From contig JAFGWQ010000178.1 in assembly GCA_016937075.1 (NCBI GenBank), positions 1 to 28,149 on the forward strand: a stretch of DNA of 28,149 nt, in the 5' to 3' direction. Below the pieces are notes generated by a model. It worked only from the letters and a program-made list of their open reading frames with translations. It made no database searches and was not told the DNA's origin. Positions 1 through 8,148 of this stretch are shown piece by piece (the first letter of the stretch is position 1; every line of letters starts with the position of its first letter). A program made the translations under genes and the position numbers. Source of the stretch: Campylobacterales bacterium (GTDB lineage: Bacteria > Campylobacterota > Campylobacteria > Campylobacterales > Sulfurovaceae).

Positions 1-213
1 TGTCTCAAAATAATTAAGATACTCTATAAAAAGAAGTATTCCCGCACTGTCAAATTCACTCACACCAGAAACATCCCAAATGATTTTTTTATCATATGGT
101 ATACCATGCAACACGTTTTCTATGTCCCGTATAGTTTGAAGAGTCCAATGATCTTTGGAAACTAGCTTGATATGGTCACGGTGTGCTTCTAAAATAAGGT
201 ATTTTTCATTCAT
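1..213 (-). CDS. 5' part (71 codons, runs off the window edge) of a STAS-domain protein, most likely an MlaE-family ABC permease with N-terminal STAS domain
   Basis: Not in the ORF track; translated by hand from ATG at 213: MNEKYLILEAHRDHIKLVSKDHWTLQTIRDIENVLHGIPYDKKIIWDVSGVSEFDSAGILLFIEYLNYFET. WDVSGVSEFDSAGILL matches the STAS D-x-S-x-V-x-x-x-DSAG pattern. Confidence 0.7.
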   Translation of the reverse strand, partial: MNEKYLILEAHRDHIKLVSKDHWTLQTIRDIENVLHGIPYDKKIIWDVSGVSEFDSAGILLFIEYLNYFET

Positions 214-219
214 ATTCTG

Positions 220-225
220 ATTATA
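220..225 (-). promoter_or_regulatory. sigma70-type -10 box (TATAAT) for the STAS/MlaE-like gene
   Basis: Minus strand reads TTAAGTTTAA-TATAAT-CAGAAT-ATG; perfect hexamer 6 nt before the start codon. Confidence 0.5.
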
Positions 226-227
226 TT

Positions 228-245
228 AAACTTAATATTAAGTTT
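228..245. promoter_or_regulatory. Perfect 18-bp palindrome, candidate transcription-factor operator in the divergent promoter region
   Basis: AAACTTAATATTAAGTTT equals its own reverse complement; the regulator is not identified. Confidence 0.45.
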
Positions 246-298
246 GGATGTAATAATCAATTGTAATTAAAAAAAATTCAAAAGCAATTCCCGCCAGA

Positions 299-307
299 TG
301 ATATAAT
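299..307 (+). promoter_or_regulatory. Extended -10 promoter (TGnTATAAT) for chaB
   Basis: TGATATAAT at 299-307, a second TATAAT at 308-313, and RBS AAGGAG ahead of ATG 358. Confidence 0.6.
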
Positions 308-357
308 TATAATAGCCTTTAGGCTAATGTTTTGAATTTATATTAAGGAGTTACATC

Positions 358-585
358 ATGCCGTACAAAACAAACGATGATCTACCAAAAAATGTTACCA
401 ATGTCCTCCCCGGTCATGCACAGGATATTTACCGAGAGGCATTCAATAGTGCTTGGCATCAGTATTCAGACCCAAAAAAACGCCAAGGTGACGATTCGTT
501 AGAAGAGACGGCACATAAAGTGGCATGGGCTGCTGTAAAGCACAAATACGAAAAAGTAGATGATAGATGGGTAGCAAAAAGATAA
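358..585 (+). CDS. chaB: ChaB family protein (putative cation transport regulator)
   Basis: MPY...LP..V...LP.HAQDIYREAFNSAW...EETAHKVAWAAVKHKYEK...W matches the ChaB consensus; good RBS. Confidence 0.93.
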   Translation: MPYKTNDDLPKNVTNVLPGHAQDIYREAFNSAWHQYSDPKKRQGDDSLEETAHKVAWAAVKHKYEKVDDRWVAKR

Positions 586-589
586 TTAT

Positions 590-964
590 TTACAGAGCTC
601 TTAGTACATGCTCTGATTTTACGTTTATCAATAGTCGTCTTGGTTTTAAAATGAAACTATAGAAAATAAGATACAAAGCTAGCCCTATGACATTCATCAA
701 TCCAAACATAATTAGCAGCGTGCCGATATTGAAATGTTTTTTTTCTGCGATAAAATGTTCTTTGGCGTGTCGAGATATTTGGTAATCGTTTTTATAAAAC
801 ATCATTTCTATTTTTTTTATCATTTCATCTTCGGAAAGCCCAGAAGATTTAACCTTTAGAATATAACTTTCAAAAAGCTCCAAAGCTTCACGATAATTTT
901 TTTTGTCCCAAAAATATATCACAATACCGATAGGTAAAATAAATATCATAATCACAGTAGTCAT
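590..964 (-). CDS. Hypothetical membrane protein
   Basis: N-terminal TM segment plus a C-terminal hydrophobic hairpin; ATGA overlap with the upstream gene stop at 961-964. Confidence 0.7.
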   Translation of the reverse strand: MTTVIMIFILPIGIVIYFWDKKNYREALELFESYILKVKSSGLSEDEMIKKIEMMFYKNDYQISRHAKEHFIAEKKHFNIGTLLIMFGLMNVIGLALYLIFYSFILKPRRLLINVKSEHVLRAL

Positions 965-1464
965 TGATCGTAAAGCTCCCCAAAATGTTCTTTGTATATC
1001 AAAAAAAGCCTCACATCAAATTCAAGCTGATGATATGAAGGTTCGATATGGACACATAGCTTGTAAAACGCTTTGTCATGCTCTTTTTCTTTTAGGTGTG
1101 CCAGCTCGTGAGCAACTATCATACGCAAAAATTGTTCTGGTGATTTTTTAAAAAGATGTGATATACGGATCTCGTTTTTGGCCTTGAGTTTTCCCCCTTG
1201 CACACGAGAGACAAAAGTATGCATCCCAAGTGCTGATTTGAGATCTCGTATCTTGGTATCATAAAGCACTTTGGCGATCGGCGAAGAGCTTTTTATGTAA
1301 ATATTTTTTATCTCTGTTACATACTCATAAAGACTTTTATCCGTAGTGTATGAATGAATTTTTGGGTATTTAGAAAGTATGTATTCGCCTAGCTTGTTTT
1401 GATCAATTAATGCTTGTACCTGAGATTTTATCTGAACATTGTAACCATCTATATATTTTAGCAT
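961..1464 (-). CDS. YgjP/DUF45-like M48-family zinc metalloprotein
   Basis: IVAHELAHLKEKEHDKAFYKLC (HExxH) and HTFVSRVQGGKLKAKNEIRI resemble YgjP. Confidence 0.85.
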   Translation of the reverse strand: MLKYIDGYNVQIKSQVQALIDQNKLGEYILSKYPKIHSYTTDKSLYEYVTEIKNIYIKSSSPIAKVLYDTKIRDLKSALGMHTFVSRVQGGKLKAKNEIRISHLFKKSPEQFLRMIVAHELAHLKEKEHDKAFYKLCVHIEPSYHQLEFDVRLFLIYKEHFGELYDQ

Positions 1465-1499
1465 ATGTAATTATATCTATTTTTATACATATCTAACGA

Positions 1500-2621
1500 T
1501 TAGAATGTTTTCTTTAATCGCAAATAATAACGATGCTCAAAACTGCCAAACTCACTTTGATTATCTCCTATATAAAGCAAAGCACCCAAAGAGATAGTAG
1601 TTTCATCATCCAAGCTATAAACAAGGACAGGTGATACGAACAGGCTGCTATCATCCAAATTAAATATCATGCTGGCTGACCCTTGGAGCATCAAATTAAA
1701 ATCATAGCTCAATGATGTTCCTATATAATCCGAAGACAAAAACCGATTGCCAGATAGTGTAGAGTTTTGTGTACTTAGAATTTCTGAAGGCAGATAAGTC
1801 TGCGAGGCATGAAGCCACTCTAGCGCTGCAGTGACCCCGTTTTGAAACCCATAATCCACACCAAAAATACCTTCAAAGAATGATTTATCCAATATTTTGT
1901 CTTTGAAATACCCTCCTTCGCTCCTCCACTCAATGCCTGTATCAAAGAGATCGCCCTCGATCTCATAACCTATCATCTGTGCATCATTACTATGTAGAAA
2001 ATCCAATGCGATGTCTGCAAAGCCTACAAAACCCTTTAACCTGCCTGCGTATTTGTAGCTTTTATCACTCCTCTGACTGACCACTCCCATTATCTCGGTG
2101 GTTTTATTTGGTGAATAAATATACGAAAGCGCATAGGCTCCAAAAATCTGGTCAGGTTCAAGTGCCAATGGATTGCGTGGATTGAAAAGATCAGTTGGGG
2201 TCCATATGCGCCCCACTCCCATGGTGATTTTTTGAAGACCAAAGACAACCCGATGTGTTTCATCATTGTAACCGATATTCAAGCGATGAATACGGCCAAA
2301 CAATTCTCCTCCATCATAATTATGAGAATGGGTCTCTATGCCAAACGGGGTGTCTGCTTTGATCGTGCGCGAAAAGAGATACTCATCGCTTTGTAGATAC
2401 TCTTTTCCATAATAATTATCAATATCTCCTATGAAATTGATATACCAATTTTCTTCTTTTAGTGTATAATCCAGCCTCAACCTGTTGTAGTTGTAAAAAA
2501 TTCTTTCATCTGAAGTATAGGGGACTGCCGAGAGTGTAAAATTGGTATTTTCAATGCTATATTCATTTTCAAATGCCCATGCGCCGATGGTAAGAATAAA
2601 TAATATTTTAACGATCTTCAA
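1500..2621 (-). CDS. Putative outer-membrane beta-barrel protein associated with the ABC module
   Basis: Signal peptide, alternating beta-strand pattern, WGxGR-like GVGRIWTPTDLFNP motif, C-terminal Phe (RLKKTF). Confidence 0.65.
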   Translation of the reverse strand: MKIVKILFILTIGAWAFENEYSIENTNFTLSAVPYTSDERIFYNYNRLRLDYTLKEENWYINFIGDIDNYYGKEYLQSDEYLFSRTIKADTPFGIETHSHNYDGGELFGRIHRLNIGYNDETHRVVFGLQKITMGVGRIWTPTDLFNPRNPLALEPDQIFGAYALSYIYSPNKTTEIMGVVSQRSDKSYKYAGRLKGFVGFADIALDFLHSNDAQMIGYEIEGDLFDTGIEWRSEGGYFKDKILDKSFFEGIFGVDYGFQNGVTAALEWLHASQTYLPSEILSTQNSTLSGNRFLSSDYIGTSLSYDFNLMLQGSASMIFNLDDSSLFVSPVLVYSLDDETTISLGALLYIGDNQSEFGSFEHRYYLRLKKTF

Positions 2622-3279
2622 TGACTGCTCCGTCTTCTAAGACAATGATCCGTTTTGATTGCTCCAATACATATCTATCATGAGAAGCGAAGATCACGGT
2701 AACGTGCTCTTTTTCATTGAGAGAGCGGAGCATTTTCATGAGCCTTTCGCCATTTTTTGAATCCAGATTGGCTGTGGGCTCGTCTGCCAATATCAACTTT
2801 GGCCTAGAAGCTACTGCTCGTGCAACTGCTACGCGTTGTTGTTGTCCGCCACTGATCTGTCCTGGTAATTTATCTAAAATATCTTCTATCTGCAATATAC
2901 CTGAGAGCTCATCTATACGCTTGTTAATCTTGGCTTCGTCATAACGAAGAAGTTTCATGATAAAACCTATATTTTCTCTCACAGTAAGTACAGAGATGAG
3001 ATTATATGCCTGAAAGACAAATCCGATATGTCGCAACCTGTAATCAGCCATCTGTTTGTCGCTAAGTGCGGTTAGCTCCAATTCGTCAATGAATACGCTC
3101 CCGCTTGTCGGCCTTTCTAGCCCCCCTATAATATTCAATAAAGTGGTCTTTCCTGAACCGGATTCGCCGCTTAGTGTAGTAAACTCACCATCTTCGAAAG
3201 TTAGATTGATATCCACAAGAGCTTTGACTTCTTTTAGTGAATTTGGAAAGAAAATTTTAGAAATGTGGGTTAGTTTCAT
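2608..3279 (-). CDS. ABC transporter ATP-binding protein (LolD/MacB-like)
   Basis: Walker A GESGSGKTT, signature ISGGQQQR, Walker B LILADEPT, SHD switch. Start reassigned to ATG 3279 (ATGA overlap with permease stop, AAGGA RBS). Confidence 0.93.
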   Translation of the reverse strand: MKLTHISKIFFPNSLKEVKALVDINLTFEDGEFTTLSGESGSGKTTLLNIIGGLERPTSGSVFIDELELTALSDKQMADYRLRHIGFVFQAYNLISVLTVRENIGFIMKLLRYDEAKINKRIDELSGILQIEDILDKLPGQISGGQQQRVAVARAVASRPKLILADEPTANLDSKNGERLMKMLRSLNEKEHVTVIFASHDRYVLEQSKRIIVLEDGAVIEDR

Positions 3280-4505
3280 AACATTTTTCCTTGTATTATT
3301 TCTATGGGCTTGATCTTTTTGAGTACATGTAGCGGCCAAAGAATAGAAAGAGAAGTAGCAAAAAAAACCGAAGCAAAAGCTTGAAAAAAGTAATGATAAC
3401 GGATATCGGCATACAAAATAGCATTTAACCCAAAACTCTCCAGCCCGGCTTGGTAATACCGCAAGTCAATTCCACTTGATGCAGTGTACACCAAAAAACC
3501 CAATCCTAAAATGGCACCTATTATATATCCGGCTATTGCCATAATAAAAGCTTCGCTGATAACTTGATATCGTATATTTTTATATGGGGTTCCAATAGCC
3601 ATCATTATACTAAATTCTCTCATCCGCTCCAAAATAGACATTAATATGACGCCAAATATGCCAAGTGCCGCAACGGCGAAAACAATAGCATAACTTAGCC
3701 AATTAAAAATATCCATCATGTCACGCATTTCTATCAATAGAGGATAAAGTTCATCCCATCGCAGCACATCTAGTGTGCTAAATTTTTTTTGAAGCATTGA
3801 TTGGATGCTATTGACTTGAGATTTATCTTTGATACGAAGTGCGATTTGTGTAGCGCTGTTTGGCAAAGCAAGAAATTGCTCCATCGTTTCTATAGAAACA
3901 AAAACAGACCCTTCATCCACTGCTAAATTTCCACTCTTAATAATACCGCTTATACGAAAAGAGATCGCATTGATTTCACCGCTCGCATCTTGGGCTGTAA
4001 ACACAAGACGATTGCCTGTAGTTACTTTTAGTTTTTCTGCAAGCTTGAAGCCAATTAACGCTTCTTGTTTTTTTGGGCCAAAATCAAACTTTCCTTGAAA
4101 CAAAAAAGTATCGAAATCCCCAAATCTTCTCTCATCTTCCAGCCTCACGCCTTTCAAGGTAGCTCCTAGTGATTTATGCGCTGTGGCAACCAATCCTTCC
4201 CCGGAAAGTCGAATGGCATATGCATCAATCTCTTTGGATTGATGAAGATATGCTTTTATGGCTCTTGGATCATCTATGTGATAATCTATAGTTTTTTCTA
4301 AACGATATTGTTTGGCATAAAGCGAGATTTCTCCGGAATCACTCCTGATAGAGGTGTTTATCATATGTGATACCATTCCATCATACAATCCTTGCAAAAA
4401 AAGCAGGCCGCTTAAGCTCAAAGCTATCATCATGATCACCATTAATGTACGAGTCTTACGTCTAATTAAACTTTTCCATGCTAGATCAAATGCTATTTTA
4501 TACAT
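3276..4505 (-). CDS. ABC permease, FtsX/LolE/MacB family
   Basis: TM1, large periplasmic domain, 3 TMs; SILERMREFSIMMAIG motif. Confidence 0.9.
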   Translation of the reverse strand: MYKIAFDLAWKSLIRRKTRTLMVIMMIALSLSGLLFLQGLYDGMVSHMINTSIRSDSGEISLYAKQYRLEKTIDYHIDDPRAIKAYLHQSKEIDAYAIRLSGEGLVATAHKSLGATLKGVRLEDERRFGDFDTFLFQGKFDFGPKKQEALIGFKLAEKLKVTTGNRLVFTAQDASGEINAISFRISGIIKSGNLAVDEGSVFVSIETMEQFLALPNSATQIALRIKDKSQVNSIQSMLQKKFSTLDVLRWDELYPLLIEMRDMMDIFNWLSYAIVFAVAALGIFGVILMSILERMREFSIMMAIGTPYKNIRYQVISEAFIMAIAGYIIGAILGLGFLVYTASSGIDLRYYQAGLESFGLNAILYADIRYHYFFQAFASVFFATSLSILWPLHVLKKIKPIEIIQGKML

Positions 4506-5718
4506 AACGCATCGCCTCTGTGACGCTGAGTTTATTGATCTTGTAGATAGGATAGAACATAGAAGAAATATTTAATATGAAAATACTCAGAGCATTCCAA
4601 ATGATCGTAAAAGTATCAAAATGCGTAGGGATAGTATCGCTTATGATACCATACTCTTTGTAGGTCTCGGCCAATCCTGAGATTGTAATTGGATATATCT
4701 CGAGATAATACGTAATCACTGCTCCGACAATTGCACCAAAAGAGACACTTAGCAATGCAATGATCAATAATTCATTAAACAGCAAAACCCTTATATCTTT
4801 TGGCGTAAACCCTAATGCTCTTAAAAGTCCTATTTGACGTACACGTGCATAAATATTGACATAATTAAATATCATGATCACAAAAAAGATCACTACAAAA
4901 AAAACAGAGATCGAGATATATCCAAATAGTGAATCAACTTGTATCAATTGCACTAGATCAAACAAGAGAGTTTTCCAACTTAGTGCTTCATAATTTTGCG
5001 GCAAATCGTTGTTAAGAGTTTCAACATAGTGATCTGCTGCCTTATTGTCTATAAAACTGACAACAAAATAACTTGCCTTATTTTCACTCATCATGACACT
5101 ATCTAAGTAAGTCTTATTGACAAAAGCAGAGCTGGAATCAAAATCAAAAAGCCCGGTTTTAAAGATCCCTTTGACTTTGAAAAGATCAGCCGCAGTAGAA
5201 TAATCAAGCGAAGAGCTGATCATAGCGATCTCATCTCCGACATCTATAGAAAGACGCTTGGCAAGATCGCTGCCTATATAAATAGCCCTAGTATCATTAT
5301 CCTCAAGATATGAGCCTTTAACCAAAGAGCTTTTCAGATGACTAAAACTGCTTTCACGTGATGGAATTATACCGGTTATCATAGAGCCTACAGTCTTTTC
5401 TTTTTGAGAGAGCAATGCATAGGTTTCAAATCTAGGCGAAAAATTTGAAACAAAAGGTTTTTGGTTTAAAAATGTTTCGATTTGCCCGGCATCTTCAATG
5501 AGATGGTCATAATCTGATTCTTCTTGGTATCCTTTAGCATTGATGTGTGCATATCCTGTATATATTTCCACAGAGCTCTTGATCATCTGTTCATGCGAAC
5601 CATTAGTAAAAGCTACATAAACTATAAAAAAAGCTGTTGCAAACATACTAAGCAAAAAAATAGTCAAAGTACGGCTCTTTGAAGCTAGTATATTTTTAAT
5701 TGCAAGGCTGTAAAGCAT
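4498..5718 (-). CDS. ABC permease, FtsX/LolE/MacB family (second subunit)
   Basis: Same topology; YARVRQIGLLRALG motif; overlaps the downstream permease by 8 nt. Confidence 0.9.
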   Translation of the reverse strand: MLYSLAIKNILASKSRTLTIFLLSMFATAFFIVYVAFTNGSHEQMIKSSVEIYTGYAHINAKGYQEESDYDHLIEDAGQIETFLNQKPFVSNFSPRFETYALLSQKEKTVGSMITGIIPSRESSFSHLKSSLVKGSYLEDNDTRAIYIGSDLAKRLSIDVGDEIAMISSSLDYSTAADLFKVKGIFKTGLFDFDSSSAFVNKTYLDSVMMSENKASYFVVSFIDNKAADHYVETLNNDLPQNYEALSWKTLLFDLVQLIQVDSLFGYISISVFFVVIFFVIMIFNYVNIYARVRQIGLLRALGFTPKDIRVLLFNELLIIALLSVSFGAIVGAVITYYLEIYPITISGLAETYKEYGIISDTIPTHFDTFTIIWNALSIFILNISSMFYPIYKINKLSVTEAMRYV

Positions 5719-5729
5719 CGGCTTTTGCC

Positions 5730-6464
5730 CTAGTTTGAATAACGCTTTAGCGCATTTTTACTAAAGTAAGAAGCATCGATGGGAGTGTCATAATTAACCT
5801 TTTCAAAAATGATCTTTGTAGAATTTTTCTTTTTTTCTGCATCAAGCGGTTTGAGTTCCATTATCATAGGAAGATTATGAGACCCGTGACGCTGTATGTT
5901 GCTAAAAGTCATTATACGTACTTTTTGCATCTGGTCATCATAATAAATCTCTTTTGTTGGCACTTTGTTAGATATATCAACATCGACAATAATCTTCCCC
6001 CATACAACCGCGGCATTTGGTTTAGGCAAAAGTTCTATAGTAGCACTCGAAGCTGTTTTAGAAATAAGTCTGGCATTGTAATCCTTGATCATCGAACTTT
6101 CTTTTACCATGTCGTCATTAGTAAAGTCACTACCCATCCAACTTTGAAGCATCATAGACGGAGGAATCTTGATAGTGCGTTCAATTTTGGGGACATATTG
6201 CCACATTTGAGTATCTAATTTTAAAAATGTTATACCTCTATCTTTTTTAGGATAAAGTATCTTTATGAAGCTTTTCGTATCGCCTTGCGACCAGCTTTCC
6301 ATTTCAATGGTTCTCTCACCTCGTTGGCCGGTGACGATCATGCGCATTTTGGCATACATAAAATCACCGCGCAAATTGTCTTCAACGGCCTTGATAATAT
6401 CATCAGCCTCGCTTCCGTAAAGAAATGACGAAAGAATAATTATAAAAGACAGCAAATATCTCAT
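5730..6464 (-). CDS. LolA-like outer membrane lipoprotein-sorting protein
   Basis: Signal peptide from ATG 6464 (MRYLLSFIIILSSFLYG); KDRGITFLK..WQYVPKIERTIKIPPSMMLQSWMGSDFTNDD is typical of the family. Confidence 0.85.
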   Translation of the reverse strand: MRYLLSFIIILSSFLYGSEADDIIKAVEDNLRGDFMYAKMRMIVTGQRGERTIEMESWSQGDTKSFIKILYPKKDRGITFLKLDTQMWQYVPKIERTIKIPPSMMLQSWMGSDFTNDDMVKESSMIKDYNARLISKTASSATIELLPKPNAAVVWGKIIVDVDISNKVPTKEIYYDDQMQKVRIMTFSNIQRHGSHNLPMIMELKPLDAEKKKNSTKIIFEKVNYDTPIDASYFSKNALKRYSN

Positions 6465-6496
6465 ATATCGGCCTTTTTTTATTGTTATCTTTGCAT

Positions 6497-6685
6497 TTAT
6501 TTTATCTGGCAACCGGTATTGATACCGAAAATCGAATAAAGAGGACACCATCCCATCAAGGCAGTGCCAAGCGGGATCAAACCAATAGCTCCAAACCAAC
6601 TATTGTTCATAACACCCCAAAATATAATAACCGCTCCGAGAACCAATCGTATTATTTTGTCAACTTTTCCAATATTACACATCAT
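6497..6685 (-). CDS. DUF2892 / YgaP-like small membrane protein
   Basis: CNIGKVDKIIRLVLG...GWCPLYSIFGINT signature; AAGGA RBS. Confidence 0.9.
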   Translation of the reverse strand: MMCNIGKVDKIIRLVLGAVIIFWGVMNNSWFGAIGLIPLGTALMGWCPLYSIFGINTGCQIK

Positions 6686-6762
6686 AATAAATCCTTTTTG
6701 TGTTTATTTATAAAGATATTATGACATAAATAAATAGATTATCTGCGATCTATGTTCAAAAA

Positions 6763-8148
6763 TTATTTTTCTCCTAAATAATTCCTGATCTCCTCGGCTA
6801 TCTTTTCTGCTTTAGTGCCTAAGACTATCTGGATAGACTTATTATCCGGCTTGATAACACCGCTCGCCCCAAGTGCCATAAATGCTGCATTGTCAATGCG
6901 ACTGCTATCTTTTAGTGTCATTCTTAGCCTCGTGATACAAGCATTTGTCTCCACAATATTTTCTCGCCCGCCAAGTGCTTCTATAAAAGCTATAGCATTT
7001 GAATTTTTGCTATTTGATTGACTATTGTCAGATACGTTGTCACTAAACAATTGTGGTTTCAAATAGCCCAACAAGACATAAGAAAGTACAAAATAAAGTA
7101 ACGCAAAACCGGCTCCAAGCGGAAGTATGAGAAGCGGATTTTGAGCTAATTTATAGTTAATAACATAGTCAATAAGCCCTGCTGAAAAACCGAAACCGGC
7201 GTGTATATCAAGCAGTTGCGCCGAGGCAAGAGCTAGTCCTGTCAATAATGCATGCAGCACAAAAAGCACAGGTGCTGCAAAGATAAACAAAAATTCAAGC
7301 GGTTCTGTGATCCCTGTTAAAAAAGATGTAAATGCCACACCGGCCAGGATTGCCCCTGCTCTTTTTCGGTATTCTTGCGTAGTTCGCAAATAGATTGCTA
7401 AAGCCATAGCGGGAAGCCCAAACATCATAACGACATAAAATCCAGACATGTAAACTCCGGCACTTTTATCTCCTGCAAAAAACCGATGTAAATCTCCATT
7501 GGCTATGGTCACAACCCCATCTTTCGTATAGGTGTAATCTCCAAGTTGAAACCAAAAAACACTGTTAAGGATATGATGAAGTCCTAGTGGAATAAGCAAG
7601 CGATTGAGTGTGCCATAAATAAAAGTCCCTATAGCGTCAAGCCCAATAATGGCGTGTGAAAATACATCTATGCCGCCTTGCGCAAAATGCCAAAAATACC
7701 CTGCAAGCATTCCAATGATAATCGCACAGATCGTTGTGACGATCGGCACAAATCTTTTGCCTCCGAAAAAGCCTAAGAATTCGGGTAATTTAATATCATA
7801 AAAGCGATTATACAAAAGTCCGGCAATGACCCCCATGATGATACCGACAAAAACTCCCATTTTTAAATTTTCATCGATTCCTAAATATACTGCTTTGGCT
7901 ACCAAAACTCCAAGAGCACCGGACAAGGCTGCTGTGCCGTCATTATTTTTTGCCAATCCATATGCTATACCTATACCAAACAATAGATCTAGATTACCAA
8001 AGATACTCTCCCCGGCGGTTTTCATTATATTGGCTGTCACACCGTCGAATATATCTCCAAAACCAAGCCGTAGAAGCAACGCAGCTACCGGTAAAACTGC
8101 GATCGGCGTCATTAGAGCCTTACCGATACGTTGTAAAAAATTAAACAT
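6763..8148 (-). CDS. nagE: PTS N-acetylglucosamine-type EIICB component (no EIIA domain)
   Basis: MFNFLQRIGKALMTPIAVLP start, GLHHILNS, FLTGITEPLEF in EIIC; EIIB phospho-Cys motif NACITRLR. Confidence 0.88.
   Translation of the reverse strand: MFNFLQRIGKALMTPIAVLPVAALLLRLGFGDIFDGVTANIMKTAGESIFGNLDLLFGIGIAYGLAKNNDGTAALSGALGVLVAKAVYLGIDENLKMGVFVGIIMGVIAGLLYNRFYDIKLPEFLGFFGGKRFVPIVTTICAIIIGMLAGYFWHFAQGGIDVFSHAIIGLDAIGTFIYGTLNRLLIPLGLHHILNSVFWFQLGDYTYTKDGVVTIANGDLHRFFAGDKSAGVYMSGFYVVMMFGLPAMALAIYLRTTQEYRKRAGAILAGVAFTSFLTGITEPLEFLFIFAAPVLFVLHALLTGLALASAQLLDIHAGFGFSAGLIDYVINYKLAQNPLLILPLGAGFALLYFVLSYVLLGYLKPQLFSDNVSDNSQSNSKNSNAIAFIEALGGRENIVETNACITRLRMTLKDSSRIDNAAFMALGASGVIKPDNKSIQIVLGTKAEKIAEEIRNYLGEK

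Noticed and set aside
6734-6753. ATAGAT-N8-ATCTAT hairpin after nagE as a terminator
   Set aside because: A 6-bp AT-rich stem is too weak to call, though it is not excluded.
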